From NCBI GenBank assembly GCA_041686355.1, contig JAWLDZ010000011.1, forward strand, positions 28,674 through 58,504: a stretch of 29,831 nt of DNA. The letters run 5' to 3'. Numbering within the stretch: position 1 is the stretch's first letter; the number at the start of each line of letters is the position of its first letter. The stretch comes from Spirochaetaceae bacterium. GTDB lineage: Bacteria > Spirochaetota > Spirochaetia > DSM-16054 > Sediminispirochaetaceae. The position numbers and the translations under genes were made by a program. Positions 1-8,736 of the stretch are shown here, piece after piece. A model generated the notes under the pieces. It worked only from the letters and a program-made list of their open reading frames with translations. It had not been told where the DNA came from and did no database searches.

Positions 1-630
1 CGCGCCCGTCGAACAGATAGCCCCCCTCCAGTTTAATCCCGCCGGGCTTGGCAACAAAGCGGAGGCCTGCCCGGCTCTCTTCCAGGCCGGCGGGCTGGGC
101 GTTGCTTAGCCCCGGGCTTACCAGCACCTCCACAAAACTGAAGGGGCCGAAGTAGCGGGAGAGGGAGGTGATCCAGGCGCTGGGGTCTTCAAACTCCTGC
201 TGCATCAGATTTGCTCCGGTACCGCGGCCGAAAATCTCGTCGGCCGCGTTGAAGATGAGCCCCTCGCCCCATGAGAAGGGGGCCTTGCCGATGACTCCCC
301 GAAAGGACTCGAAGCGAAACTTGCCGTAGGCGCGGCTGATGGACTGCAGCGAATCGATGCCGGTGTCGTTGGGGATGATCGCCGCAGTCAGCTCGAACTG
401 GGAGCGCACGTTGCGGTTGCCGGTCTGGTCTATCTTAATCGAGGCGCTGCCGGCCCCCGAATGGAGCCAGCTGCCGTCGGCGGAGCGCTGCACCGAGTTG
501 AACAGTTCCAGCTTGGTGGTTATGTCGCTTTCGGCGGCAATGGGCAGCGGCAGGATGAGCAGCAGAATTGCGCCAGCCAGAGCCCCTAAGGCGGCGCGTG
601 CCTTCACCGCTGTGATGGGGCCTACCATGT
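1..630 (-). CDS. Secreted hypothetical protein (3' end lies beyond the window start)
   Basis: Minus-strand ORF starting at ATG (complement of 628-630), open to position 1 in frame. N-terminus MVGPITAVKARAALGALAGAILLLILPLPIAAES is a Sec signal peptide. The start overlaps the upstream LolA-like gene stop by 9 nt. The ORF track omits it because no stop lies in the window. The plus-strand ORF 339..734 is antisense to it and spurious. Confidence 0.55.
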
Positions 631-1389
631 CAGCTCCTCCAGGGAGAAACGGCTGGCTGGAATATCAACCCCGATTTCGATCGATTCGATTACGAACTCG
701 GTGGAGCTGTTGCGCTTCATTTTGTCCTCGATAATAAAGTGTACGGGAAAGGTTTTACCCTTCAGGCTGCGGTACTCCTCCATCCGCATCTCCTTTAGGA
801 GTTTCTCGGACAGACTGAACATATGCACCCTGCGGGTGACAAACATTTCACTGTCTATCCAGAGTATTTCCCTGGGATAGGCTACGCCGCGTCCCTTGGC
901 CTTGAGCTCGACTTTATAACACTCCTCTCCATCTACACTTTCGGTTCCTAACAGAGTGGCATCGTAGGAGTCCAGCAGCCCCTTGCCGCCGGTCATATCC
1001 TCGTAGGACATGTCTGAACCGAGCACCGAATCGCGCAGGGCGGCCCCCTGCAGGCGGATTACCTCCGCCGCATCGGGAAAGTAGAGGTAAATCTCGTCGT
1101 CGGTTCGGAGAATTTTCTGGCCCCTCTCCTGTCGGCTGGTAAACTCGATCAGGGTCTTCTCCTCGCCCTCCGCCCAGGACTTGAAGGTGGTGACCTTCTC
1201 TCCAAAACGGTCGCTGATACTCATTTTCCCTTCGGAGCGGGAAGTTTCATGGACCTGGTTTTCCTCCAGTTTTTGGATTATCTCCTCGGCGGATATGGCG
1301 AACAGGGGCAGGCTGCTCAGCATACTCACTGCAAGCAGTATACCGGTTATCATTAGTATTTTTTGTCTTTTTTTTGGGATGGTGCACAT
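622..1389 (-). CDS. Outer-membrane lipoprotein-sorting (LolA-like) family protein, periplasmic
   Basis: 255 aa with an N-terminal signal peptide (KKRQKILMITGILLAVSMLSSLPLFA). It immediately follows the two FtsX permease genes. Composition resembles proteins commonly annotated as outer membrane lipoprotein-sorting protein next to LolCDE-type transporters. RBS GAAGGAG lies 5 nt upstream of the ATG at 1389. Confidence 0.6.
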   Translation of the reverse strand: MCTIPKKRQKILMITGILLAVSMLSSLPLFAISAEEIIQKLEENQVHETSRSEGKMSISDRFGEKVTTFKSWAEGEEKTLIEFTSRQERGQKILRTDDEIYLYFPDAAEVIRLQGAALRDSVLGSDMSYEDMTGGKGLLDSYDATLLGTESVDGEECYKVELKAKGRGVAYPREILWIDSEMFVTRRVHMFSLSEKLLKEMRMEEYRSLKGKTFPVHFIIEDKMKRNSSTEFVIESIEIGVDIPASRFSLEELTW

Positions 1390-1439
1390 GATTACACTCC
1401 TTCTAGTAAATTGTTGGTAAATTGCCCGGAGGGCATTAA

Positions 1440-2672
1440 CTAAATCGCCCGCAGGGCTTCTATCGGTTCGATCTTGGCCGATTTTCTCGATGGAATAAAC
1501 GAGGCGACCGAAGCGATAAAGGTTGAATAAAGAAATACAAACAGGGTCGATTTCAAGTTCAGCACCGGTCTTAGGATTTGAGATACCTCCATATCCACAC
1601 CCTCCATTGCTGCTGAAAAGTTGAGCCCGTAGATGGAGAGGGGATAGGTAATGCCTATACCGGCCAGGACCCCGACGAATGAACCGATGGCGGCAATATA
1701 GAATGCCTCCAGGAAGAAGAGGCGAACTATTTCCGGTCCGGTCATTCCCATTGCATTGATAGTCCCGATCTCCTTGCGGCGCTCAAATATTGTCATCATC
1801 ATGGTATTTATTATAACCGTGCTTCCCAGCAGAAAGAACATTAGGGCGATGATAAAGTAGACGGTATCGGCCATGACAACAAAGGAGTAGGTCTGGCTGA
1901 TGTTCTTCCACATGCGGGCCTCCAACTGGGGCCGGCCCCAGTCGGTAAGGCTGCGGTCGAGGCCGGCGGCGAACTCCTCCGCCGAATGGTTATCATCGAG
2001 CTTGATCAGAATTTCACTGACCGAATTGTCCATGCGCAGGAAGTACTGCACCCGGTCCAGGGGGGCTTGAAAAAAGCTGTTGTTGAGCCCCCCAAAATTG
2101 TAGTGGGACAGGCCGGTGATTTCAAAGGTAATGGCGTTCATTCCTCTGCCGCGGGTTTGGGTAAGCAGGGTAAAGTTGTCTCCAATATCAAGGTTCATCT
2201 CTTTAGCCAATCCGGTGGCTACCAGCACCTCGTTCCGTCCGTTCCGGGGCATGCGCCCCTTTACCACGTACTCTTCAAGTCCCTGGTACTCCGCTTCCCG
2301 TTCAAAATCCACCCCCTGGCCCTGAGCCCGGTAGGTGTTTCCCTCCTTATAAATGGCGGTGGGAAACTTGATGCGCGGGGAAATCGTGCGAACCCCGTCC
2401 ATGGAGTCCAGGCGCGCGGTCAGTTTGGTATAACTATCTACGCCCAGATGCAGGGGGTTCAGGTGCTTGTACTTTTCGAATTCGCTGTGGTGGATACGTA
2501 CCTCGCCTGTTACAAAGGTCTGCAGGTTGTAGGCTACATCCTGCTTCATCCCTTCGATCAAGCTGAACATGAAAACAAAGGTCATCGCCGCTATCGCCAC
2601 CGCCGACATCGATAGGATACTTCGGCGGGTATTGCGGCGAATATTTCTCCAGGCAATTTTGCGTAATTTCAT
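1440..2672 (-). CDS. ABC transporter permease, FtsX family (LolC/LolE/MacB-like)
   Basis: 410 aa. N-terminus MKLRKIAWRNIRRNTRRS is typical of FtsX/LolE, followed by TM1, a ~230-aa periplasmic domain and 3 C-terminal TM helices. RBS AGAGGAGAA is present upstream. Confidence 0.85.
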   Translation of the reverse strand: MKLRKIAWRNIRRNTRRSILSMSAVAIAAMTFVFMFSLIEGMKQDVAYNLQTFVTGEVRIHHSEFEKYKHLNPLHLGVDSYTKLTARLDSMDGVRTISPRIKFPTAIYKEGNTYRAQGQGVDFEREAEYQGLEEYVVKGRMPRNGRNEVLVATGLAKEMNLDIGDNFTLLTQTRGRGMNAITFEITGLSHYNFGGLNNSFFQAPLDRVQYFLRMDNSVSEILIKLDDNHSAEEFAAGLDRSLTDWGRPQLEARMWKNISQTYSFVVMADTVYFIIALMFFLLGSTVIINTMMMTIFERRKEIGTINAMGMTGPEIVRLFFLEAFYIAAIGSFVGVLAGIGITYPLSIYGLNFSAAMEGVDMEVSQILRPVLNLKSTLFVFLYSTFIASVASFIPSRKSAKIEPIEALRAI

Positions 2673-2698
2673 CTCAGGTTTCTCCTCTTTTGGCGGCG

Positions 2699-3952
2699 TT
2701 ACTGGTAACGCAGGGCATCGGTGATCTGCAGTTTCAGGGCCTTACGGGTTGGGATAAAGGCCATCAGGACCGACAGAAACACGCCGGTGAAGAAGGCAGT
2801 GAAAATGGTGGCGGTGCTCCACAGTCCGCGCATAATACCGGTAACTCGGTAGCCCATATCGGCATCGCGCATGAGAGCGGAGTAGTCGACGCCGATATTT
2901 ACCAGCGGGATATTCAGCAGCACCCCGATTAGTACCCCCGCCGAAGCCCCTATCAGTCCGATTCCCCCGGCTTCAATCAGAAAGGCAAGACGTATCTCGT
3001 GGCGCCGCATACCCAAGGCCCGGAGCATTCCGATCTCTCGTATTCGTTCGTATACCGACATCAGCATGGTGTTGGAAATTCCGACTGCCGCAATGATGAA
3101 GACCAGAAACAGGATAACCTTGCTCCCTGCACTTTTTGACGCAGCAAGAGCTACGAAGTCCTTTCCCAGAATATTCCAATCGACTACCGTGAGATCGGGC
3201 CGATTGCTCAGCGCAACAGAGCGGATTTTGGAAGTTTGTTCCTCAATGTCCGCCTGGTAGGCAAAGCTGGTATCGATCTGGCTTACACTTCCCTCCATCT
3301 GCAGGTAGTAATCGGCGGTTTTAATCGGTATAAATATGCCGGTGCGGTTGACCACCGGATTAGGGGTATTTGCGAGCCCGACGATTTCCAGGTCTATCGT
3401 CTGGAAGAAGCCCTCCTTGGTTCGGGTAACGATGGTCAGCGGGTAGCCCACCTGGGCACCGATATCCTCGGCCAGCCAGGCGCCGACAACTGCCTCGAGG
3501 CGGTCCTCTTCCAGAAAACGGCCATCACTGATTGATTCATCTATAAGGTAGACCTGCGGGTCCCTCTGCGGATCGATAGCGGTAATTTGGGCTTGAATCG
3601 AGCCGGACTCGGGATAGGGGTCTTTTTGCATGATCAGTTCACCCCTAAAAATCGTACGGGGAGCGGCATCGATACCGGCGGCATCCAGCTCTTCAAGTAT
3701 GGGCTGTGGCTTATCAATGCTGTGCTTAAGTGGCAGATTCTCATGCTCCTCCCAGAACTGTGTATTCATTATACGGGCCGAGCCGGTTTCATAGAGCATC
3801 AGGTTGCGGGTGGAGTCTTCCTCTATGCCGACCAGCATCGAGTCGATCAGGATAAACAGGGCCAGCCCCACTGCAATGGCAATTGAGGTAATCATAGTCC
3901 GCCGTTTATGACGGAATAGATTCTTAAAAGCTAAATTAACAAGGAATTTCAT
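2699..3952 (-). CDS. ABC transporter permease, FtsX family (second permease subunit)
   Basis: Start revised from the ORF-track value of 4024 to the ATG at 3952 (MKFLVNLAFKNLFRHKRRT). This ATG has a strong RBS, AGGGAGG, 7 nt upstream. It also removes a 53-nt overlap with the ATPase gene. The protein has the FtsX 4-TM architecture with a large periplasmic loop. Confidence 0.85.
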   Translation of the reverse strand: MKFLVNLAFKNLFRHKRRTMITSIAIAVGLALFILIDSMLVGIEEDSTRNLMLYETGSARIMNTQFWEEHENLPLKHSIDKPQPILEELDAAGIDAAPRTIFRGELIMQKDPYPESGSIQAQITAIDPQRDPQVYLIDESISDGRFLEEDRLEAVVGAWLAEDIGAQVGYPLTIVTRTKEGFFQTIDLEIVGLANTPNPVVNRTGIFIPIKTADYYLQMEGSVSQIDTSFAYQADIEEQTSKIRSVALSNRPDLTVVDWNILGKDFVALAASKSAGSKVILFLVFIIAAVGISNTMLMSVYERIREIGMLRALGMRRHEIRLAFLIEAGGIGLIGASAGVLIGVLLNIPLVNIGVDYSALMRDADMGYRVTGIMRGLWSTATIFTAFFTGVFLSVLMAFIPTRKALKLQITDALRYQ

Positions 3953-3971
3953 GTAAACCTCCCTTACCCGC

Positions 3972-4688
3972 TTATCCGCGGCTTCCGACTTTAGTACCGC
4001 CGGCGGCACGCTGGGTGATCTCATCGCTGTGGATCAGGCCGTCATGCAACCTGACCAGTCGATGGGCAAAGTCCATTACCATCTGGTCGTGGGTGGAGAA
4101 GACAAAGGTTGTGTTGTGTTTTGCATTCAAAACCTCCATCAGGTCGAGGATATCCTGGCCGGTCTCGGAGTCGAGGTTGGCCGTCGGCTCGTCGGCCAGC
4201 ACAATATCCGGAGACTTTATCAGTGCCCTGGCAATTGCCACCCGCTGCTGCTGTCCGCCGGAGAGCTCCGCCGGCTTGCGGTGCATCATCTCTTCCAGCC
4301 CCACCTCCTGCATTATTTTTACGGTGCGCTCATGGAGTTCCTTCTCCGTGACTCCCAGCAGAGAGAGGGGAAAGGAGGCGTTTTCATAGGCGGTGAGTAC
4401 CGGGATAAGGTTGAAGGACTGAAAGACAAAACCGATTTTCTCCCGCCGCAGCAGGGCCAGCTCCTTTCGGCTTTTCTCCGCTATGTTCACCGAGTCGATG
4501 TGAATGCTCCCCTCATCGGCGATATCCAGGCAGCCGATCAGGTTCAGCAGGGTGGTTTTTCCCGAGCCCGAGGGCCCGGCGATGGACAGAAACTCTCCGT
4601 TCTGTATCTCAAGGTCTACCCCCCTCAGGGCCTGAACTACCGTCTCTCCGGAGCGGTACTGCTTTTTTAGGTCTTTAATCTGTATCAT
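3972..4688 (-). CDS. ABC transporter ATP-binding protein (LolD/MacB-type)
   Basis: Walker A GPSGSGKTT, ABC signature LSGGQQQRVAIARAL, and Walker B IVLADEPT. The probable start is MIQIKDLKKQY at 4688, which has RBS AGGAGAAG 7 nt upstream; the ORF-track start at 4718 has no RBS. Confidence 0.85.
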   Translation of the reverse strand: MIQIKDLKKQYRSGETVVQALRGVDLEIQNGEFLSIAGPSGSGKTTLLNLIGCLDIADEGSIHIDSVNIAEKSRKELALLRREKIGFVFQSFNLIPVLTAYENASFPLSLLGVTEKELHERTVKIMQEVGLEEMMHRKPAELSGGQQQRVAIARALIKSPDIVLADEPTANLDSETGQDILDLMEVLNAKHNTTFVFSTHDQMVMDFAHRLVRLHDGLIHSDEITQRAAGGTKVGSRG

Positions 4689-5787
4689 TTTCTTCTCCTG
4701 CTTGCTTATCTTCTTCATTTTTTTGGTTTTGCAGCTTCTGTAACGCCGCCAGTCCGGCGGGGCTTCCCAGGTCCATGCTTTCGATGGCTGAAGAGGGCAT
4801 CAGCATGATGGAGCCTTTGCTCTGCCGCAGGCCGTCGTAGACCATATTCATGGCCCGCAGCTGAAAGGCCTGGGGATTTTCCCGGTAAAACTCGTTAGCC
4901 CGGGTCATTTTTTCAGCAACTGAAATCTCCGCATCCCCTAAAATCTCCCGGGCCTGCTTCTCCCGAAAGGCCTGGGCTTTTCGGCTCATGATGTCCTCCA
5001 GCTCCTTTGGAATGATAATATCGGTAAATTCAACCGAGAGAATGGTGATTCCCCAGGGGTTGGTTTTGGCATCCAGGATGCGCTGAAGTTCCCGACCCAC
5101 CTCATCCCGTTTGGAGAGCAGGGTATTGAGGTCGTGGCTGCCGATGGAATCGCGAAGGGCGGTCTGGGAGGACAGGGTCACCGCCTCTAGAAAATTCTCC
5201 ACTTCGAGAATCGCCTTCTGGGGATCCCATATCATCCAGAAGCAGATGGCATCAATATGCACCGGCACATTGTCCATACTAAGAGTGCGCTCGGCGCTGA
5301 AATCGGTCACTCGAATCCGTGTATCAACCTTGTTCGCGATGCGGTCGACGAAGGGAATCAGGAAAAAGAGCCCCGCTTCCTGAACCCGCTTGAATTTACC
5401 CATTCGCAGAATGACCGCCTTGTCCCAGTGATACATAAGCTGGGTAGTGGAGGAAAGCATAAGAGCGAGGGCTGGTATCAGATACGCGAGGGGATCCATG
5501 GAGGCGGAAACCTGGAATAATACAATCCAGCCGGCCAGCAGGGCAAACAGCAGCATATTCCAGATTGACACTAATGCAATAATGATTCCCGATACCACAA
5601 CTGCCAGGGTAATTCCCTGCAGCTCCATATCTGTGAAGCCGAGCCCGGTTAGTTCAAATACCGCCACCGCGGTAACGGCCAGAATGATAAGTACCAGCAG
5701 CGAAAAGGTGTTGAAGATAAAATCCTTTTCCAGGTGAAATGACGGCAGGTTCTTAATTCGGGTATACCGTTTTCTTAAAAAGTTCAT
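4675..5787 (-). CDS. SPFH/band-7 (stomatin-like) membrane protein with polytopic N-terminal extension
   Basis: 370 aa. Residues ~120-330 match the stomatin/prohibitin SPFH core (GLFFLIPFVDRIANKVDTRIRV...NPWGITILSVEFTDIIIPKELEDIMSRKAQAFREKQAREILGDAE). An N-terminal ~110 aa carries 3-4 predicted TM helices. Strong RBS AAGGAGGAG is present. Confidence 0.8.
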   Translation of the reverse strand: MNFLRKRYTRIKNLPSFHLEKDFIFNTFSLLVLIILAVTAVAVFELTGLGFTDMELQGITLAVVVSGIIIALVSIWNMLLFALLAGWIVLFQVSASMDPLAYLIPALALMLSSTTQLMYHWDKAVILRMGKFKRVQEAGLFFLIPFVDRIANKVDTRIRVTDFSAERTLSMDNVPVHIDAICFWMIWDPQKAILEVENFLEAVTLSSQTALRDSIGSHDLNTLLSKRDEVGRELQRILDAKTNPWGITILSVEFTDIIIPKELEDIMSRKAQAFREKQAREILGDAEISVAEKMTRANEFYRENPQAFQLRAMNMVYDGLRQSKGSIMLMPSSAIESMDLGSPAGLAALQKLQNQKNEEDKQAGEENDTD

Positions 5788-5808
5788 ATGTCTCCTCCTT
5801 GCCCGGTT

Positions 5809-6207
5809 TTATTCACGGTCCTGTAGCTCCTGCAGATGATCGATGATGTCCTGGATAGTAAAGCCATAAGATCCGGCTTTTGAGAGGAAGTCCCGGCTGA
5901 TTTGGCTTAGGATTCTCTCCCGTTCGATATCATCAATCTCGATCTGTTTATCTGAGATAAAGGTTCCGGTTCCCTGCTGTGTGTTCACAATCCCTCTGAT
6001 TTCCAGCTGATTGTACGCCTTGGCAACCGTGTTGGGGTTGATCTTAAGGTCCACCGCCAGGCTGCGCACCGTCGGGAGCTGATTGCCCTGCTGCAAGCGG
6101 TTGTCGGCAATTGCCATTTCTATTTGAAGAATGATCTGTTTATAAAAGGGGACACCGCTTTTGGGATCTATTGTGAACTTTAGATCTTCCGTCTTTTTAG
6201 GTGCCAC
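5809..6207 (-). CDS. GntR-family transcriptional regulator, YtrA-like (short C-terminal domain)
   Basis: 132 aa with a winged-HTH GntR signature (LPTVRSLAVDLKINPNTVAKAYNQLEIRGIVNTQQGTGTFIS). The effector domain is short (~60 aa), typical of the YtrA subfamily, which is encoded with ABC transporters. GTG start at 6207 with RBS GGGAGGG 8 nt upstream. Confidence 0.8.
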   Translation of the reverse strand: MAPKKTEDLKFTIDPKSGVPFYKQIILQIEMAIADNRLQQGNQLPTVRSLAVDLKINPNTVAKAYNQLEIRGIVNTQQGTGTFISDKQIEIDDIERERILSQISRDFLSKAGSYGFTIQDIIDHLQELQDRE

Positions 6208-6239
6208 AGTGTGTGCCCTCCCTATTCAGATTTGTTCCG

Positions 6240-6261
6240 TTGTACTATACATATAGTACAA
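6240..6261. promoter_or_regulatory. Putative GntR/YtrA operator: 22-bp near-perfect palindrome
   Basis: The sequence is TTGTACTATA-CA-TATAGTACAA. The arms are perfect 10-bp inverted repeats with a GTAC core, matching the GntR-family consensus (nGT-N-ACn). It lies 33-54 bp upstream of the GntR start codon. Confidence 0.5.
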
Positions 6262-6265
6262 TAAT

Positions 6266-6294
6266 AAAATAGACCCTTAGTTCAAGTTTGTCAA
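6266..6294 (-). promoter_or_regulatory. Sigma70-like promoter of the GntR operon (-35 TTGACA, 17-bp spacer, -10 TATTTT)
   Basis: The minus strand reads TTGACA-aacttgaactaagggtc-TATTTT. The predicted +1 falls inside the palindrome immediately downstream, consistent with autorepression. Confidence 0.4.
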
Positions 6295-6304
6295 CAAGAC
6301 TTTT

Positions 6305-6337
6305 GAAAAAAAGCTGAAAAAAAGCTGAAAAAAAGCT
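6305..6337. repeat. Perfect 3 x 11-bp tandem repeat (GAAAAAAAGCT)x3, phased A7 tracts
   Basis: Read directly from the sequence in the divergent intergenic region between the GntR operon and the lipoprotein gene at 6404. The 11-bp period matches the DNA helical repeat. Confidence 0.9.
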
Positions 6338-6403
6338 GGAATTTTAACGGGACAAATTGAAGCAGACCGATGAAGCAGGTGGTGGTGTTTAATAGGAGGA
6401 GTT

Positions 6404-7951
6404 ATGAAAATAATTACAATCGCAGGTTTTCCTGTACTGAAGACATCCCTATCTTCAGGCCTGATCTTAGTGTTTAGCTTGCTTCCGTTGATAATACTCA
6501 TGTCCCCGCTGTCGGCTTGCACCCAGGCTGCTGCAGGGGATGGGTCGTCTGAAAGCAAAGCCCTTCAGGCGTCAGTTTTGGACGCCTTGGACCAGGAATC
6601 ACCGGAGGAGTGTTATGCCGGCTTGCTGGGATTACATTTGCAGTATCCCCGGGCCCTGTCACCGATGATTTATCTTGCACAGATAGATTTTGCTAGTGGT
6701 AAGACGATTGCAGCAGAGGCGTGGCTTCAGGCGGCCCGAGATTCCAGCCGAGATTCCAGAGTCGAAGGGAGCTCACCGGACTCTGCGTTGGATTATGAAA
6801 CCCAGCTCATGTGGTACCTTTCAGCGCACAGCGCCTATGAGCGGCAGGAGAATCTGAAGTGCCTGTCTTACCTGGAGGAGATGAAAACGGGAGCCGCACC
6901 TGAGATTCCCCCGGATGATCATGTTCGGAGGGCGGAGTTATTCAAGCTTGCCCGGGTGCTGAAGGTAAGGGCTATGATGCACGGCAATGTGAACTCTCAA
7001 GGAGGGGACCCAAAGGCCGTATGTGATCTGCTGAACCTGGTGTGTGAGAGCAGCCCGGAATTGCTCCCGAAGGAGGTTCTGCTGCAGGGAGCTGATTTAT
7101 GTAGTTCCGTGAATCGTCCTGAGACAGCCTCGGTTTTGCTGCAGTACTATTGTCGAAGGCGAGCTTTCGATCCTGATTACTGGGAAATTACGGCGAAGCT
7201 CTGTGAAGACTGCGGTTTAGATACGGAGGCCTCACTTATCCGGCATGAGGCCCAAACTTTTTTACAGCCGGAGCGGGTTGCGTCGGTGAATTTTACCGGG
7301 GCGGATGAAAAGCTTCTGGAGGCGGTACGTTGCTTTCAATCGCAGCAGTGGGAAGGGGCCTTCGAACTGTTGCATACACTCCTCGATGAGGGCAAGCTGC
7401 CGAGGCACCGCTTTGCTGAATATATGTATGCGGTCAGTCGGCTTTACAGCCGCCCCCGGGAAAGAGCTGCAAGGGAGAACTATACAAGGCTGGCGGAACT
7501 GTACGGAGATGAGCAGCTGTATTTTGTACATCTCTATCGAGCCCTTTCTGGAGAGTTTTCCGGGGCGGCTGACTCGAATGGCGAGGCGATGAAACTGGTC
7601 GAGCAGGCTCTGCGCGGCTGTATTGCAGCAGGTCCGCATACGGAGTGGGCCGGTGATGCACGGTCGTATTTGGCGCAGTTGGCGGGCTTGCCCCAGGAAC
7701 TTGAAGCCGAGCCCCTGCTGAAAGAGGAGATGCAGCGGCTGGCCGGATTTGTGTGGGAGGGCGGCTCACCGCAGCTTCTGGATCCGCTGATTGAGACCTT
7801 AGAGTGGCCGGAGAATCGTTATACCCTGGAAGCAGGGCTGATCCTGCGGCAGCTGCGGGTTATACCCGGAGTGGACATGTACATTGCACGGCGAGGTGAG
7901 TTGGCCGGTGAAAGGGGAAAAGAGCGTATCCGGGCTATCCTGCAGTTCTAA
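6404..7951 (+). CDS. Hypothetical lipoprotein, alpha-helical repeat protein
   Basis: 515 aa. Signal peptide with lipobox LSAC (...MSPLSAC-TQAAAG). RBS AGGAGGAG lies 5 nt upstream. No recognisable catalytic motif; helical, TPR-like composition. Confidence 0.7.
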   Translation: MKIITIAGFPVLKTSLSSGLILVFSLLPLIILMSPLSACTQAAAGDGSSESKALQASVLDALDQESPEECYAGLLGLHLQYPRALSPMIYLAQIDFASGKTIAAEAWLQAARDSSRDSRVEGSSPDSALDYETQLMWYLSAHSAYERQENLKCLSYLEEMKTGAAPEIPPDDHVRRAELFKLARVLKVRAMMHGNVNSQGGDPKAVCDLLNLVCESSPELLPKEVLLQGADLCSSVNRPETASVLLQYYCRRRAFDPDYWEITAKLCEDCGLDTEASLIRHEAQTFLQPERVASVNFTGADEKLLEAVRCFQSQQWEGAFELLHTLLDEGKLPRHRFAEYMYAVSRLYSRPRERAARENYTRLAELYGDEQLYFVHLYRALSGEFSGAADSNGEAMKLVEQALRGCIAAGPHTEWAGDARSYLAQLAGLPQELEAEPLLKEEMQRLAGFVWEGGSPQLLDPLIETLEWPENRYTLEAGLILRQLRVIPGVDMYIARRGELAGERGKERIRAILQF

Positions 7952-7969
7952 ACGCCTGTACGCGGAGTC

Positions 7970-8728
7970 TCATGTGCCGTACATGCGGCCCTTCATGTGG
8001 CGGCCGCCGTCGATAAACAGAATCTGTCCGGTGACAAAGCTGTTGCTGCTAAGGAAAAGCACAGCCTGGGTGTAATCCTCCACCCGACCGATCCGCTGTA
8101 AGAGAGTCCCGGCCTTGTACTTTTCCAGCAGCCGGGGATCGTTTTCTTTGTCAGGCAGGATTATTCCGGGAGCGATGCCGTTTACCCTAATAGCCGGTGC
8201 CAGCTCGACGGCCAGCATCCGGGTAATGTCGTGCAAGCTGCGTTTACTCAAGTGGTAGGCGTAATGCTTAGAATCGTAGTCTACCATCCGGGCATCCAGC
8301 ACCTGTATCACCGATTCGGGGTTTCGACTTTTGGCGAAGGCCCGGCTGAGCGCAAGCGGGGCATAGGTATTGATGAGGTATGATTCAGAGAGCTCCTCAA
8401 AGCTCATGTTGTCCCAGGTTGAGCGGGGATATATGGACGCTGAGTTTATCAGGATGTGGGGAGACATACCTTCGGCATCCGCTTTTTCAAGGATCTCTTC
8501 CGGGCTGTTTGGCTTAGTAAAGTCCCCCTGCACTTGAACTACCCGGCGGCCCAGTTCCTCTATGTGGGCTGCGGTTTCCGCGGCCTGCTGCTGAGAGCTG
8601 TGATAATGCAGAATGATATCCGCACCGGCGGCGGCACATGCAATAGCTGCCGCCGCACCCATTCGGTGGGCAGCTCCGGTAATTAACACCTGTTTCCCTT
8701 CCAGTCTCATGGGTATAGTGTAGAGCAT
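7970..8728 (-). CDS. SDR-family (short-chain dehydrogenase/reductase) oxidoreductase
   Basis: N-terminal Rossmann motif (KQVLITGAAHRMGAAAA), catalytic YxxxK (YHLSK) and an NSAS-like motif. It starts 8 nt after the RND gene stop and is the last gene of the operon. Confidence 0.8.
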   Translation of the reverse strand: MLYTIPMRLEGKQVLITGAAHRMGAAAAIACAAAGADIILHYHSSQQQAAETAAHIEELGRRVVQVQGDFTKPNSPEEILEKADAEGMSPHILINSASIYPRSTWDNMSFEELSESYLINTYAPLALSRAFAKSRNPESVIQVLDARMVDYDSKHYAYHLSKRSLHDITRMLAVELAPAIRVNGIAPGIILPDKENDPRLLEKYKAGTLLQRIGRVEDYTQAVLFLSSNSFVTGQILFIDGGRHMKGRMYGT

Positions 8729-8736
8729 TGCCCAGC

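Noticed and set aside
339-734. Plus-strand 131-aa ORF
   Set aside because: It is antisense to a minus-strand ORF that has a clear signal peptide, an RBS-compatible start at 630 and operon context. Its own translated product is low-complexity (S/A/R/P-rich), typical of a spurious frame in GC-rich DNA.
1986-2615. 209-aa plus-strand ORF inside the permease gene. Similar antisense ORFs occur at 4029..4670, 4015..4389, 3236..3886, 5111..5737 and others.
   Set aside because: Each lies entirely within a well-supported minus-strand gene (FtsX permease, ABC ATPase, SPFH). None has an RBS, and their compositions are Gly/Arg/His-rich and odd. They are GC-rich antisense artefacts.
3953-4024. ORF-track N-terminal extensions of the permease (start 4024) and ATPase (start 4718)
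   Set aside because: The extensions create 53-nt and 44-nt overlaps and lack an RBS. Internal ATGs at 3952 and 4688 have strong Shine-Dalgarno sequences and match the family-typical N-termini.
7884-8075. 63-aa plus-strand ORF spanning the convergent ends of the lipoprotein and SDR genes
   Set aside because: It overlaps both real genes and has no RBS. The 18-bp convergent gap at 7952-7969 leaves no room for a separate gene.
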